64,000 nt of DNA from Acidobacteriota bacterium (GCA_965263035.1 OZ253580.1:5152001-5216000), one strand, 5' to 3'; shown: positions 1 to 10,076, counted from the stretch's first letter. Notes: generated by a model not told the origin, from the sequence alone. Numbers and translations: made by a program.

Positions 1-1188
1 GCGGTCCAGACGTCCGGTTCCGTATCCGTAGTCATAGGCGAAGACGACCTCGTCTCCAAGGAAGGCGACCGTGGCGTAGGCGCAACGCAGAGGACCCGGC
101 GCCCGGAAATAACGCTTGCGGCCGCTCGGTTGCCGGTAGCCGGAACTCCGGGTCACTTTCGCCTCGTCCGGCGGAGGGACGTAGACCGTGTCGTCCAGCG
201 ACTCCAGGTTCCGGTGCAGCTTCCAGCTCCGGGCCTCGTCCCGGGAGACGGCGCACGACAGGCGGTGGCGGGAGAGGCCCAGCTCCACTTCCCGCGGCGA
301 CGCCTGGTTCCAGACCAGCAGCAGGTCCCCGGTGGAGGGAATCCTCACCAGGGTGCAGGGCGCGTACGACGCGGCGACGCTCGTGGGCTCGGGAACGGAC
401 CAGGAAACCCCCTGATCGGAGGAGAAGCTCTGGTAGAAGCGTCCCAGGGCCGTCCGTCCGTACATGAGAATGCGGCCGTCGAAGAGCTCCTCGACCACCG
501 GTTCCTCGAAGTGGTGGGCGCCACGCTGCATCTCTTCCAGGATCAGGACCGGTTCCGAGAGGCTGCGCTGCCAGGTCCGGCCGTCGTCGTCCGAATAGAC
601 CGTCCAGCTGTAGCAAAGACCCTTTCCTCCCTGCTCCGACTCCCGGCCGGCGTACGAACTGACCCAGGCGAAGAGGGGCGCCAGAATCCGCCCCGATTTC
701 AGGACCCGCACGCTCCCGTTGCGGCAGACGGCGAATCGCGGTTCCAGGACGGTGGGCGTGGACCAACTCTTTCCGCCGTCGTCGGACCGGCGAAAGAGGA
801 CGGTCCCGTCGCGGCCCGATCGAACGTAAGGCCCCCCGTAGACCAGCCCCAGCGCACCCGACGGCAGATTCAACAGGGTGTGGTGGGCCGTATTGCGCCC
901 GGTGGGGATGCGGGCGCCGTCCTTTTGCCGCAGCGCCTCGGCGCCGGTCCACGACCTGCCGCCGTCGCTGGATGTCTGTCCCACCAGGTGGCGGTCCTGG
1001 CCGAAGAGGAGCCAAAGACGCCCGTCCTCCAGTTGGGCCAGGGTGGCTTCCTGGCTCCCGGCGCGAGAGGGTTCGATGGCGATCCCTTCGAACCGGATCC
1101 CCGGACTCGGCCTGGAGTAAAGCTGCGCCCAGACTCCCGCGCCGGCCCCGAGAGCCGACTTCAGGAAGCTCCGGCGCGGTTCGTCCAT
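1..1188 (-). CDS. Sialidase/BNR (Asp-box) beta-propeller protein with Tat signal; 3' end runs off the window
   Basis: Manual translation (not in ORF track): MDEPRRSFLKSALGAG twin-arginine leader; Asp-boxes SSDGGRSW, SDDGGKSW, SDDDGRTW, SSDQGVSW, SRDEARSW. Confidence 0.85.
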   Translation of the reverse strand, partial: MDEPRRSFLKSALGAGAGVWAQLYSRPSPGIRFEGIAIEPSRAGSQEATLAQLEDGRLWLLFGQDRHLVGQTSSDGGRSWTGAEALRQKDGARIPTGRNTAHHTLLNLPSGALGLVYGGPYVRSGRDGTVLFRRSDDGGKSWSTPTVLEPRFAVCRNGSVRVLKSGRILAPLFAWVSSYAGRESEQGGKGLCYSWTVYSDDDGRTWQRSLSEPVLILEEMQRGAHHFEEPVVEELFDGRILMYGRTALGRFYQSFSSDQGVSWSVPEPTSVAASYAPCTLVRIPSTGDLLLVWNQASPREVELGLSRHRLSCAVSRDEARSWKLHRNLESLDDTVYVPPPDEAKVTRSSGYRQPSGRKRYFRAPGPLRCAYATVAFLGDEVVFAYDYGYGTGRLDR

Positions 1189-1608
1189 TTGTCTAGATCC
1201 TTCGGGCACATTACCAGTTCCGGTTCGATGTGGGACTCTCACCATTGACGGTTCGATCTCCGTCTCCCTGAGAGACTGTGAGGCTCGCAAACGAATCCAT
1301 TCAATTCAATGTGGCCCTGTGTAGTCGGGGGCGTGACTATCAGCCGTGCCAAGCATAATCTGCTGAAATTGTTCTTGCTGCCGATCCCGGATCGTGCCGG
1401 CTCGCAAGGACGCACGGAGGTCAGCAAGGCCGCCTCTGACCACGGAACTGGCTCCCCGCAGATCGCTAAATCCTCGGGACCCTCAAAGATGAAGTGCCGG
1501 TTTGAACTCAGCTGTCAAGAGCAGTAGCCTGTCCAGGACTTCTGGATGCTCTGACGGTCGTGTGTCCGGGCGTTCGAGAACGTGATTCCGCGAGCTGCTG
1601 TGGAGAGG

Positions 1609-2751
1609 ATGATGGGAGAAACCCAACACCGGGAAACACCTGAAAAAGAGTTTGTTGACCACTGGCACGAAGAAGATGTAGATATCCTCGATGAAGCTGA
1701 GGAGGTCATTCCCTACATGTACAGCATCACTTCCTATGGTGCTGACTACCCGGTGGACTCCCTCGTAAAACGACTCGAGTCCGGCGACATAACTGTGCCG
1801 ACATTCGACTGGGTTTCCGAAGAAGACACTGATGTCGTAGGATTTCAACGCGAATATGTATGGTCGAGGCCGAAGGCGGACAAGTTCATAGAGTCCCTCC
1901 TCCTCGGTCTGCCTGTTCCCGGTATTTTTCTGGTCAAGGAAGCGAAGGGGCGCTTACTGGTACTGGATGGGCACCAGCGGCTTCACACCCTCCACGCTTA
2001 CTACAAAGGCGTCATAAATGGACGAGAATACCGCCTCCAAAACGTACAAGAGCGTTTCGTGGGATTGCGTTTCCGGGATCTGGATATGGAGGACCGTCGT
2101 CGACTCGATGACAGCATCATTCACGCCACCGTCGTCAGGCAGGACGAGCCGACTCAGGACCAGAGCAGTATCTACATAATCTTCGAACGTCTCAACACTG
2201 GAGGTGTCAACCTCCAGCCACAAGAGATCCGGGTGGCGCTCTATCATGGGGAACTGGTGCGGGTTCTGAAGAGCCTCAATGAAGAGCAGGCATGGCGAGG
2301 ACTGTACGGCAAGAAATCCAGACGCCTGAAGGACATGGAGATGATCCTCCGATTCTTTGCCTTCTACTATCGCGCCGATCAATATCGCAGCCCCATGAAG
2401 GATTTCTTGAATCGCTATATGGCCGAGAATCGGAACCTCGGCAGGCAGTCCGAGGCAGAACTGCGAGAGGTCTTCTCCAAAACCACTTCAGTTCTGAATA
2501 GCACCCTGGGACGGCGGGCATTCCGACCCAAGAGAGCTGTGAACGCTGCTGTCGTGGACTCGTTGATGACGGGTGTTGCCAAACGTCTCAGGTCTGGAGA
2601 GATACGGGAGGCTGCCCAATTCCGGGATCGGTACAACTTGCTACTCGCAAACGAGGAGTACATCGCGGCCACTGAGACAGGGACTTCGCAAGACGCTAAC
2701 GTCAAGGCCCGAATGAGGCTCGCGAAGGATATTTTTGTGGATGTCAAATGA
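1609..2751 (+). CDS. DUF262 (GmrSD N-terminal/ParB-like) domain protein
   Basis: Motifs FQREYVW, SLLLGLPVP, VLDGHQRL, FERLNTGG; looks less GC-rich than neighbours; start 1609 or 1612. Confidence 0.9.
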   Translation: MMGETQHRETPEKEFVDHWHEEDVDILDEAEEVIPYMYSITSYGADYPVDSLVKRLESGDITVPTFDWVSEEDTDVVGFQREYVWSRPKADKFIESLLLGLPVPGIFLVKEAKGRLLVLDGHQRLHTLHAYYKGVINGREYRLQNVQERFVGLRFRDLDMEDRRRLDDSIIHATVVRQDEPTQDQSSIYIIFERLNTGGVNLQPQEIRVALYHGELVRVLKSLNEEQAWRGLYGKKSRRLKDMEMILRFFAFYYRADQYRSPMKDFLNRYMAENRNLGRQSEAELREVFSKTTSVLNSTLGRRAFRPKRAVNAAVVDSLMTGVAKRLRSGEIREAAQFRDRYNLLLANEEYIAATETGTSQDANVKARMRLAKDIFVDVK

Positions 2752-3230
2752 CGGGTCGAGCTGAAGTTTCCATGATGAAGCAGCGGCTCGATGCGACATT
2801 CGAGCGAGTGAAACGCGTCACCCCGGACCTTGAATTGCAGGCGGACTTCGCCAGGTACCTATGTGTGTTGGTTTCCGGCTATATCGAAAAGGCTGTTGTT
2901 GCGTTTGTTCTGGAACATGCGCGCCAAAGGGGCGGGCCGACATTGCAACGGTTTGTTGAGCAACGGACGAAGAAGTTCTCGAGCGCGAAGGCCTCACGTG
3001 TCCAAGAGTTGTTGGGCAGTTTCGATCCGGCATGGCAGCAGGAGCTTGGGGAGTTCCTGGTCGACGAACGTAAGGACGCGGTCGACAGTATCGTGAGTCT
3101 GCGAAATGTCATCGCTCACGGAGGTTCCGTCGGGCTGACCTACAGCCGCGTCCTTGAGTACTACGAGCATGCACAACGCGTCGTAGACCGGGTGGGGGAA
3201 CTTTGCGTTCCTGGCGCCGACAGTGGCTGA
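2748..3230 (+). CDS. HEPN domain protein (RiboL-PSP/MAE_28990-like), putative RNase effector
   Basis: RNVIAH = RxxxxH motif; ATGA overlap with the DUF262 gene. Confidence 0.85.
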   Translation: MTGRAEVSMMKQRLDATFERVKRVTPDLELQADFARYLCVLVSGYIEKAVVAFVLEHARQRGGPTLQRFVEQRTKKFSSAKASRVQELLGSFDPAWQQELGEFLVDERKDAVDSIVSLRNVIAHGGSVGLTYSRVLEYYEHAQRVVDRVGELCVPGADSG

Positions 3231-3297
3231 GCCAGCAATCTTCCACGCCGGTACCCAGGATCGACTTCAGGAGGTTTCGGAGGGGTCGTTCATTTGC

Positions 3298-4605
3298 CTA
3301 CCCCTCGTTGGCCCGGAGGACGCGCAGAAAGTTCCCACTCAGGATCTTGACGATCTCCTCTTCCGAGTATCCCCGTTCCAGCAGACCGCTGACGAACTGC
3401 TGGTAGAGCCACGTATAGTCTTCCCGCCTGATGTCGGTGTCGGTTCCGATGCTCACGTGGTCGATTCCAACCAGCTTCACGATGTAGTCGATGTGGTCCA
3501 GGGTGCCTTCCACGCTGGCCCCTTGGGTGATGATTCCCGACCGTGGCCGGACTTTGTGGAGGTTAGACAGAGGCTCCAGATCCAAGGCCTGGAGAGCTTC
3601 CTGCGTCTCTGCCGGGTTGCGTATGGCCGCAGCCAGCCGGAAGGGATCCGGATAACGTTCCAACAGATAGTTGTTCACCTTGGCCATCGTGATCCACGCT
3701 CCCGTCTTGCGGATCGGTTCGAGGTGTTTGGGGTCGTACATGGCGCCGACGGCGATCAATCCACCCTTTTGGGCCAGTGCCTTGATCTGATCGTCGGTGA
3801 GGTTGCGAACCGCATCGACGACACCCCGGGCCCCCGAATGGGACGCGATGACCGGTTTCTTGGAGGCCTCGATGGCCTCTTCCATCGTCTGGTCCGAGGA
3901 ATGGGACAAATCCACGAGAATCCCCAGGCGGTTGCACTCCCGCACCACCTCCAGACCGAAGTCGTTCAGTCCCAGGTCGTCATCGTCCAGGATCCCGGAG
4001 CAGGCATCGGCCCAGGAGGCGGGGAACGCATGAGCGAGCTCCAGCCGCCTGAGGCCCAGCTTGTGGTAAACACGAAGGGTCGCCAGATCCTCGACCACGA
4101 TGCCGCTGTCCACGCCCAGCATCAGGGAGAGCTTGCCTTCCGCACGGTAACGTTCCAAATCTTTCGCGGTGCGAGCCAGCTCCACCTGGGGGTGAGCAGA
4201 GGCCGTCTCGTGGACAGCATCTATTTCCCAAAGGAAACGCTTGACGGCGTCCGCTCCGGTAAAGACGCTGTGAGCTATGACATACCCCGGCGGAGGGGAG
4301 GTGTACCAGTAGTTACTCAGGTCTCCCACCAAGAGCGCCTCGGTGACGGTGCCGACGCCCAAAACGGCCACGTCGATCCCATCCGCCAGCAGAGCCGCCG
4401 GATCGAAGGGGGTCTCCGGCTCCTCGGGAAAGCGGAAAAATCGCGTCGTGACCGCGGGGTCGACGACCATGTGCCGTTGGAGAATCGCGCCGGCTGGATC
4501 CGCTGCCGGGGCTTCGGGAGCGGGACCGGTGCAGGCCGCGCCCAGGAACAGGACGGCCGACACGGCTCGTAAAAGGATGGGAAACCGGCTTCCGTTCGTT
4601 TTCAT
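3298..4605 (-). CDS. Membrane dipeptidase (M19)-like lipoprotein, paralog 1
   Basis: GLNDFGLEVVRECNRLGILVDLSH, IASHSG, GIDHVSIGTD, ILSGNFLRV; lipobox LGAAC; GGAGG RBS before ATG 4605. Confidence 0.88.
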   Translation of the reverse strand: MKTNGSRFPILLRAVSAVLFLGAACTGPAPEAPAADPAGAILQRHMVVDPAVTTRFFRFPEEPETPFDPAALLADGIDVAVLGVGTVTEALLVGDLSNYWYTSPPPGYVIAHSVFTGADAVKRFLWEIDAVHETASAHPQVELARTAKDLERYRAEGKLSLMLGVDSGIVVEDLATLRVYHKLGLRRLELAHAFPASWADACSGILDDDDLGLNDFGLEVVRECNRLGILVDLSHSSDQTMEEAIEASKKPVIASHSGARGVVDAVRNLTDDQIKALAQKGGLIAVGAMYDPKHLEPIRKTGAWITMAKVNNYLLERYPDPFRLAAAIRNPAETQEALQALDLEPLSNLHKVRPRSGIITQGASVEGTLDHIDYIVKLVGIDHVSIGTDTDIRREDYTWLYQQFVSGLLERGYSEEEIVKILSGNFLRVLRANEG

Positions 4606-4639
4606 GGGTAAGTCGCCTCCTTTGACTGGTCCGGTCGGC

Positions 4640-4668
4640 AGTGTAGTGGAGTCATTCTGGAAAGGCAT
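4640..4668 (-). promoter_or_regulatory. Putative sigma70 promoter of dipeptidase paralog 1
   Basis: ATGCCT-N17-TACACT on the minus strand, conserved in front of both paralogs. Confidence 0.5.
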
Positions 4669-4761
4669 GGCCCGCTCCGACATCCGGTTCCGGTTGGGAT
4701 TCGGGGGATGCATGCACGAGCGTTTTATTGAGGGTGAGTGCGGCGCGGTCGTCGCATTGGC

Positions 4762-6069
4762 CTACCCCTCGTTGGCCCGGAGCACGCGCAGGAAGTTTCC
4801 ACCCAGGATCTTGGCGATCTCCTCCACCGAGTAACCTCGCTCCAGGAGGCCACCCGCGAACTGCCGGTAGAGCCAGGTGTAGTCTTCCCGCCTCATGTCG
4901 ATGTCGGTCCCGATGCCCACGTGGTCGATCCCCACCAGCTTCACGATGTGGTCGATGTGGTCCAGGGTGCCTTCCACGTTGGAGCCATGAGTGATGAGTC
5001 CCGAGTGGGGTTGGACCCTCAGGAGGGGACTCAGAGGAGGCAGGCCCAAGACCTTGAGAGCGTTCTGCTTTTCGGCCGGGTCGCGGATGGCCGCGGCCAA
5101 GCGGAAAGGATCCGGATATCGTTCCGCCAGAAAGTTGCCGATCCGGGCTTGAGCGGTCCAGGTCCCCACCGTCCGGATCGCCTCCAGGTGTTCGGGGTCG
5201 TAATAGGCGCCGACTGCGATCAATCCGCCTTTTTTGGCCAGTGCCTTGATCAGATCGTCCGTGAGGTTTCGGACCGCGTCGACGAGTGCCCGGGCTCCCG
5301 AATGGGACGCGATGACCGGTTTCTCGGAGGCCTCGATGGCCTCCTGCATGGTCTGGTCCGAGGAATGGGACAGATCCACGAGGATCCCCAGGCGATTGCA
5401 CTCCCGCACCACCTCCAGACCGAAGTCGTTCAGTCCCAGGTCGTCGTCATCCAGGATTCCGGAGCAGGAATCGGCCCAAGAGGCGGGGAAGGCGTGAGCC
5501 AGCTCCAAACGGCGGAGTCCCAGCCTGTGGTAGACCCGAAGAGTGGCCAGGTCCTCGACCACGATGCCACTGTCCACGCCCAGCATGAGGGACAGCTTGC
5601 CTTCCGCACGGAAGCGTTCCAGATCATCCGCTGTGAGAGCCAGACCCACCTGCGGGTGGGCAGCGGCCGTCTCGTGGACGGCGTCCACTTCCAACAGGAA
5701 ACGCTTGACGGCGTCGGCGCCAGTGAAGACACTTCGAGCCAGGACATGCCCCGGCTCGGGGGAGGCGTAGACGTAAGGAGTGAAGTCTCCCACGATGAGC
5801 GCCTCGGTGACCGTCCCGATGCCCAAGACGGCGACGTCGATCCCATCCGCCAGCAGGGCCGCCGGATCGAAGGGGGTCTCCGACTCCTTGGGGAAGCGGA
5901 AGAATCGCGTCGTGACCGCAGGGTCGACGACGATGTTCTGCTGGAGAATTTCGGTGACCGGGTCCGCCTCCGGGGCATCGGGAGCGGGACCGGCGCAGGC
6001 TGCGCCCAACAACAGGCCGGCCAGCGCGGCCCCAAGCGTGGTAGAAAATGGGTTTGTACCTGCAGGCAT
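4762..6069 (-). CDS. Membrane dipeptidase (M19)-like lipoprotein, paralog 2
   Basis: Long stretches identical to paralog 1; lipobox LGAAC; GGAGG RBS. Confidence 0.88.
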   Translation of the reverse strand: MPAGTNPFSTTLGAALAGLLLGAACAGPAPDAPEADPVTEILQQNIVVDPAVTTRFFRFPKESETPFDPAALLADGIDVAVLGIGTVTEALIVGDFTPYVYASPEPGHVLARSVFTGADAVKRFLLEVDAVHETAAAHPQVGLALTADDLERFRAEGKLSLMLGVDSGIVVEDLATLRVYHRLGLRRLELAHAFPASWADSCSGILDDDDLGLNDFGLEVVRECNRLGILVDLSHSSDQTMQEAIEASEKPVIASHSGARALVDAVRNLTDDLIKALAKKGGLIAVGAYYDPEHLEAIRTVGTWTAQARIGNFLAERYPDPFRLAAAIRDPAEKQNALKVLGLPPLSPLLRVQPHSGLITHGSNVEGTLDHIDHIVKLVGIDHVGIGTDIDMRREDYTWLYRQFAGGLLERGYSVEEIAKILGGNFLRVLRANEG

Positions 6070-6102
6070 GGATGAGTCGCCTCCTTTCCTGGTCCGCCCG
6101 GA

Positions 6103-6131
6103 AGTGTAGCGGAATGATCCGGGAAAGGCAT
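6103..6131 (-). promoter_or_regulatory. Putative sigma70 promoter of dipeptidase paralog 2
   Basis: ATGCCT-N17-TACACT, same boxes and spacing as upstream of paralog 1. Confidence 0.5.
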
Positions 6132-6211
6132 GGCCCGTACCGGGGTCCGGTGGCGCTGGGAACCCGGTCAATGCAGGCTCGGGTATTCTGTGGTGCGGGA
6201 GGATAGGAAAG

Positions 6212-7945
6212 ATGCTTCACGTCGGATCGCTGGAGGAAGTTCGGTCCAGAAGTCCCCTGGTGGTGTCCAAGGGCCCGGTCCCCATCGTGATCTTCCACCA
6301 CGATGGGGAGCTGCACGCCGTCGACAACCGCTGCCCGCACATGGGTTTTCCGCTGCATCGCGGCACCGTGGAGGACGGCATCCTCACCTGCTACTGGCAC
6401 CATGCGCGCTTCGACCTGGTGAGCGGCTGCACCTTCAATCTCTTCGCCGACGATGTGGATTCCTACGGCGTCCAGGTCCGGGACGGGCAGGTCTTTCTGG
6501 ACGTCACGCCTCCCTCCGCCGACCCGGTCCAGCGCTGGAGCCGTCGGCTGAAGGAGGGGATGGAGCAGAACCTCAGCCTGATTGTGGGCAAGTCGGTGGT
6601 GGGCCTCCACCACTGCGGCGTCTCCCACGACCAGGTGGCACGGCAGGGGGCGCTCTACGGAGTCCGCCATCGCCGGGACTGGAGCTCGGGCCTGACCATC
6701 CTCAGCGCCATGGCCAACGTCTGCGACCGCCTGGAGGGGACGGAGCGGATCCCGCCCCTGTACCACGGACTGGTCCACATCGCCCGGGACTGCGCCGGCC
6801 GCACCCCCAAGTTCGAGATTCCGCCTCTTCAGAATCAGGAGATCCCGGCGGAGCATCTCAAGCGCTGGTTCCGGTACTTCGTGGAGGTGCGGAGCACCGA
6901 GGGCGCCGAGCGCTGCCTGCTGACCGCCATTCACAAGGGAATGTCGGACGCCCAACTGACCGACCTGGTCGGCGCCGCGGCCACCGACCACGTCTACCTG
7001 GACGGCGGTCACGTCATCGACTTCGTGAACAAGGCGTTCGAGCTGCTGGACCGGATCGGCTGGGAGCACGCCGGTCGGGTGTTGCCGTCCCTGATCCAGC
7101 CCCTCTGCCTGGCGGTGCGGAGCGAGGAGAGAAATCCGTGGCGCCACCCCATCGATCTGGTGCCCGTGCTGCGTCAGGCGGTGGCCCAAATCCCCGAGGC
7201 GCTGGAAACGGGGCAGGGAAAGACCTGGACCAAGCCAAAGGACTTCACTGATGCTCTGTTCAGCGACGATCCCCACACGCCTATCGAGGCTCTGTTGGAG
7301 GCGTTGCGCCAGGGTGCCCAGCCGATCCAACTGGCCCAGGCCGTCGCCTACTCCGCGGCGCTGCGCATCGTCCGCTTTCACGTTCAGAACGAGTTGGCCG
7401 ACTGGATCGCGGTCCTGCACACCTTCACTTACTCCAACGCCCTGTACCAGTTGCTCAAACGCAACCCGTCGCCCGATCTGACGAGGGGTGTCTTTCACGG
7501 CGCCATGCGGGTTTATCTGGACCGTTTCTTCAATATCCCGCCGGCGAGACTGCCATCAAGCCGGGCCTCGGCCGCGGCGGGGCTGAACGGAGATTCGATC
7601 CGGTCCCGCCTGCTGACCCTAATGAATCACCAACAGGAGACGGACCGAGCCGGCCAGATGGTCTGGAGTTACCTGGAGGGGGGCGGGTCCGAGGGTCCGC
7701 TCATCTCGGCCCTGACCGAGAGCCTGATGCGGGAGGACGCCAACTTCCACACGTTTCAGATGCTGGAGGCGGCCATTCGACAATACGCCGAGTCCGGGGA
7801 CCCGGAGGAGAAGCATCTCGTGATGGTCGGAGCCGCACGCTACCTGGCCGCCCACGCGCCGACGCAACGTGCCATGAACCAGACCCTCCGCGTCGCCATC
7901 CGCCTTCATCGAGGAGACCCGGTCTACGAACCGGAGACGGACTAG
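6212..7945 (+). CDS. Rieske [2Fe-2S] domain protein with large helical C-terminal region
   Basis: CPHMG...CYWH Rieske ligand set in the first ~70 aa. Confidence 0.85.
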   Translation: MLHVGSLEEVRSRSPLVVSKGPVPIVIFHHDGELHAVDNRCPHMGFPLHRGTVEDGILTCYWHHARFDLVSGCTFNLFADDVDSYGVQVRDGQVFLDVTPPSADPVQRWSRRLKEGMEQNLSLIVGKSVVGLHHCGVSHDQVARQGALYGVRHRRDWSSGLTILSAMANVCDRLEGTERIPPLYHGLVHIARDCAGRTPKFEIPPLQNQEIPAEHLKRWFRYFVEVRSTEGAERCLLTAIHKGMSDAQLTDLVGAAATDHVYLDGGHVIDFVNKAFELLDRIGWEHAGRVLPSLIQPLCLAVRSEERNPWRHPIDLVPVLRQAVAQIPEALETGQGKTWTKPKDFTDALFSDDPHTPIEALLEALRQGAQPIQLAQAVAYSAALRIVRFHVQNELADWIAVLHTFTYSNALYQLLKRNPSPDLTRGVFHGAMRVYLDRFFNIPPARLPSSRASAAAGLNGDSIRSRLLTLMNHQQETDRAGQMVWSYLEGGGSEGPLISALTESLMREDANFHTFQMLEAAIRQYAESGDPEEKHLVMVGAARYLAAHAPTQRAMNQTLRVAIRLHRGDPVYEPETD

Positions 7946-8131
7946 GAGCGGCGACTTTCTTGCCGCCGAACGGGAGCGGCGGCTTTCTTGCCGCCGATTA
8001 GGGGGGCAGGGGGGACGGAGTCCCCACTTTACGCTTTCCCGCCACCGAATCACATAGCAACAAAGAAGACGAGGCGACAAGAAAGTCGCCTGTACCTCTC
8101 CCAGTGGGCGACAAGAAAGTCGCCCCTCCTA
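7946..8131. repeat. REP/REPIN-like cluster (GGCGACAAGAAAGTCGCC family) between convergent genes
   Basis: Four hairpin units at ~7946-7968, 7974-7996, 8073-8090, 8107-8124, the last ending CCTAC (GTAG tag); related ~65-bp block in inverted orientation at 28391-28456. Confidence 0.8.
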
Positions 8132-9343
8132 CCGCGGACCCCGGTTGTGCCACCAGCGCAACTCCAGGCCCCGCTCGTTGACGGCGACCACGTCGGACCA
8201 CTCATCCCCGTCCATGTCCGCCACGATCACGGTGGCGCCCAGGATCCAATGCTCCTTCAGCGGGTGCTTCTTCCAGGGCGCTGTGGGATCTCCGGAATTC
8301 TCGAACCAGGCAATCTGTCCCTTCTGGCCGAACCCGGTGGCCACCACGTCCAGGTCGCCGTCTTTGTCCAGATCGTGGGGGACCCCCTCGAAGCCGTACC
8401 AGAAACCTTCCTGGATGTTGTGCATGCGCCAGCGGTGGCCCCGTCCGGGTTCGCCCGCGTTCTCGTACCAGACCAGATAGTGGCGGTCGGGAGCATCTCT
8501 CCCCAGCAGGCCGCCCGCCATGATCAGGTCCAGGTCGCCGTCCCGGTCGAGGTCGACGGGCGTCCCATGCATGGGCAGATGCCGGAGGCTGATGGTGTGC
8601 CGCCGCCAGGGACCGGAGGCCGGATTCCCGCTGTTCTCGTACCAGAGAACCATGCCGGCCACCCGGGCCGAACCCACCAGGTCCATGAGCCCGTCCCCGT
8701 TGAAGTCACCCGCGCGGATCATCCGGGTCTCGAACCGGCCTTCGTCCACGACGTGGGTGGGCCACTCTTCGTGCTGCCACGGACCGGGATTCCGATACCA
8801 GGTGAACTTGTTCCCGAGCCGCCAACTGGAGGCGGCCACGTCCGGGCGGCCGTCCCCGTCCAGATCGGCCACGTCCACATCGTAGGCCCCCATGAGGCCG
8901 CCGCTGGTGATGGAGTGCCTTTTCCACGATTTGGTCTGCGCCGGATTTCCCGGGTTCTCGAACCAGAAGACGTCGCCGTAGAAGTTGTCGATCCCCACCA
9001 GATCGATACGCCCGTCCTGGTTGATGTCCGCCAGCCGGTGCCGTTCGTAACGGCCTTGCCAGTCCTCGCTGGCGATGGAATGGCGCCGGAACTTGCCGGA
9101 TCCGTCGTTCTCGTACCAGTAGAAGGCGTTGTGGACGCGTGATCCCTTGGTCCCGCAATCGGAACTGGTGAGATCCAGGTCGCCGTCACCGTCCAGGTCG
9201 GCCGCGGCCACGGCGTAGGCGTAGGTGTAGTCGTTGGAGATGAGGTGTTCCTCGAACTTCAGGTCACGGGCCTGAAGCAGCAGGCTCGCAGTGACGAGGC
9301 CGAGACAGATTCCGTACGGGTATCGATACTTGGACCAATTCAT
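8129..9343 (-). CDS. FG-GAP/VCBS repeat secreted protein
   Basis: Repeated DLDGDGDLD-type motifs followed by W(Y/F)EN; signal peptide; GGAGG RBS before ATG 9343. Confidence 0.9.
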   Translation of the reverse strand: MNWSKYRYPYGICLGLVTASLLLQARDLKFEEHLISNDYTYAYAVAAADLDGDGDLDLTSSDCGTKGSRVHNAFYWYENDGSGKFRRHSIASEDWQGRYERHRLADINQDGRIDLVGIDNFYGDVFWFENPGNPAQTKSWKRHSITSGGLMGAYDVDVADLDGDGRPDVAASSWRLGNKFTWYRNPGPWQHEEWPTHVVDEGRFETRMIRAGDFNGDGLMDLVGSARVAGMVLWYENSGNPASGPWRRHTISLRHLPMHGTPVDLDRDGDLDLIMAGGLLGRDAPDRHYLVWYENAGEPGRGHRWRMHNIQEGFWYGFEGVPHDLDKDGDLDVVATGFGQKGQIAWFENSGDPTAPWKKHPLKEHWILGATVIVADMDGDEWSDVVAVNERGLELRWWHNRGPR

Positions 9344-9470
9344 GACGCCTCCCGGTTGTCCAGAGACCATAGCTTGCCCGCTCTGCCGGTATCAAGGACC
9401 AGGCGCCGTCGGTTCCGGTCCCCACGAATGCCGATAGACTGAAGTGGTGATCAAGTTTTTCGAGAAACAA

Positions 9471-9497
9471 TGAAACTTTCGCCCGGCTTTCGGGTTT
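9471..9497 (+). promoter_or_regulatory. Possible autoregulatory ECF promoter
   Basis: TGAAAC-N16-GGTT ~40 nt upstream of the ECF sigma gene; SigW-like -35 box, weak -10. Confidence 0.35.
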
Positions 9498-9533
9498 CCA
9501 TTAAGACGATGGGATCGCAATCGCCAGTGCGTT

Positions 9534-10076
9534 ATGAACGACACTAGCGCTTTTGAAGCGTTCGTTTGCAAACACCAGGACCGGGTCTTCGGCATCGCCG
9601 TGCGGCTGCTGGGAGATGAGTCCGAGGCCGAGGATGTGTCCCAGACCGTCTTCCTGAAAGCGTTCGAACGATTCGAACGGTTGGGGAGCAACCCTGCGGC
9701 AGGAGGCTGGCTGCGAACCGTGACCACGAACCTGTGCCTGAACCTTCTGTCCCGCTATCGGGCTCGTTGGCGTCTGTTCAGCCAGCGATCGCCCGATGCA
9801 GCCGGAACCGGACGGAGCTACGAAGAGCGTCTGGTTATGCCCGGGTCCCAGTCGGTGGACCTGGAACGCGCCGAGGAGCATGCGCGATTGGAGCAGAGAA
9901 TTCGTGGGTTGCCGCCTCATCAACGTGTGCCGCTTGTGCTGTTTCATTTCGAAGATAAGAGTTATGGAGAGATCGCCGGAATCCTGGGTGTCACCCTGGC
10001 CAAGGTCAAGACCGACATCCACCGGGGCCGCCAGGCTCTCCGGCGCTTGATGGAGATGAACGATGAACGGCGATGA
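9534..10076 (+). CDS. ECF RNA polymerase sigma factor
   Basis: AEDVSQTVFLKAF, WLRTVTTNLCLN (region 2); SYGEIAGILGVTLAKVKTDIHRGR (region 4). Confidence 0.93.
   Translation: MNDTSAFEAFVCKHQDRVFGIAVRLLGDESEAEDVSQTVFLKAFERFERLGSNPAAGGWLRTVTTNLCLNLLSRYRARWRLFSQRSPDAAGTGRSYEERLVMPGSQSVDLERAEEHARLEQRIRGLPPHQRVPLVLFHFEDKSYGEIAGILGVTLAKVKTDIHRGRQALRRLMEMNDERR

Noticed and set aside
130-6075. Long plus-strand ORFs 130..1248, 3223..4572, 4738..6075 and many similar ones across the window
   Set aside because: Antisense or off-frame shadows of real high-GC genes; no motifs, and they mirror recognised genes on the other strand.
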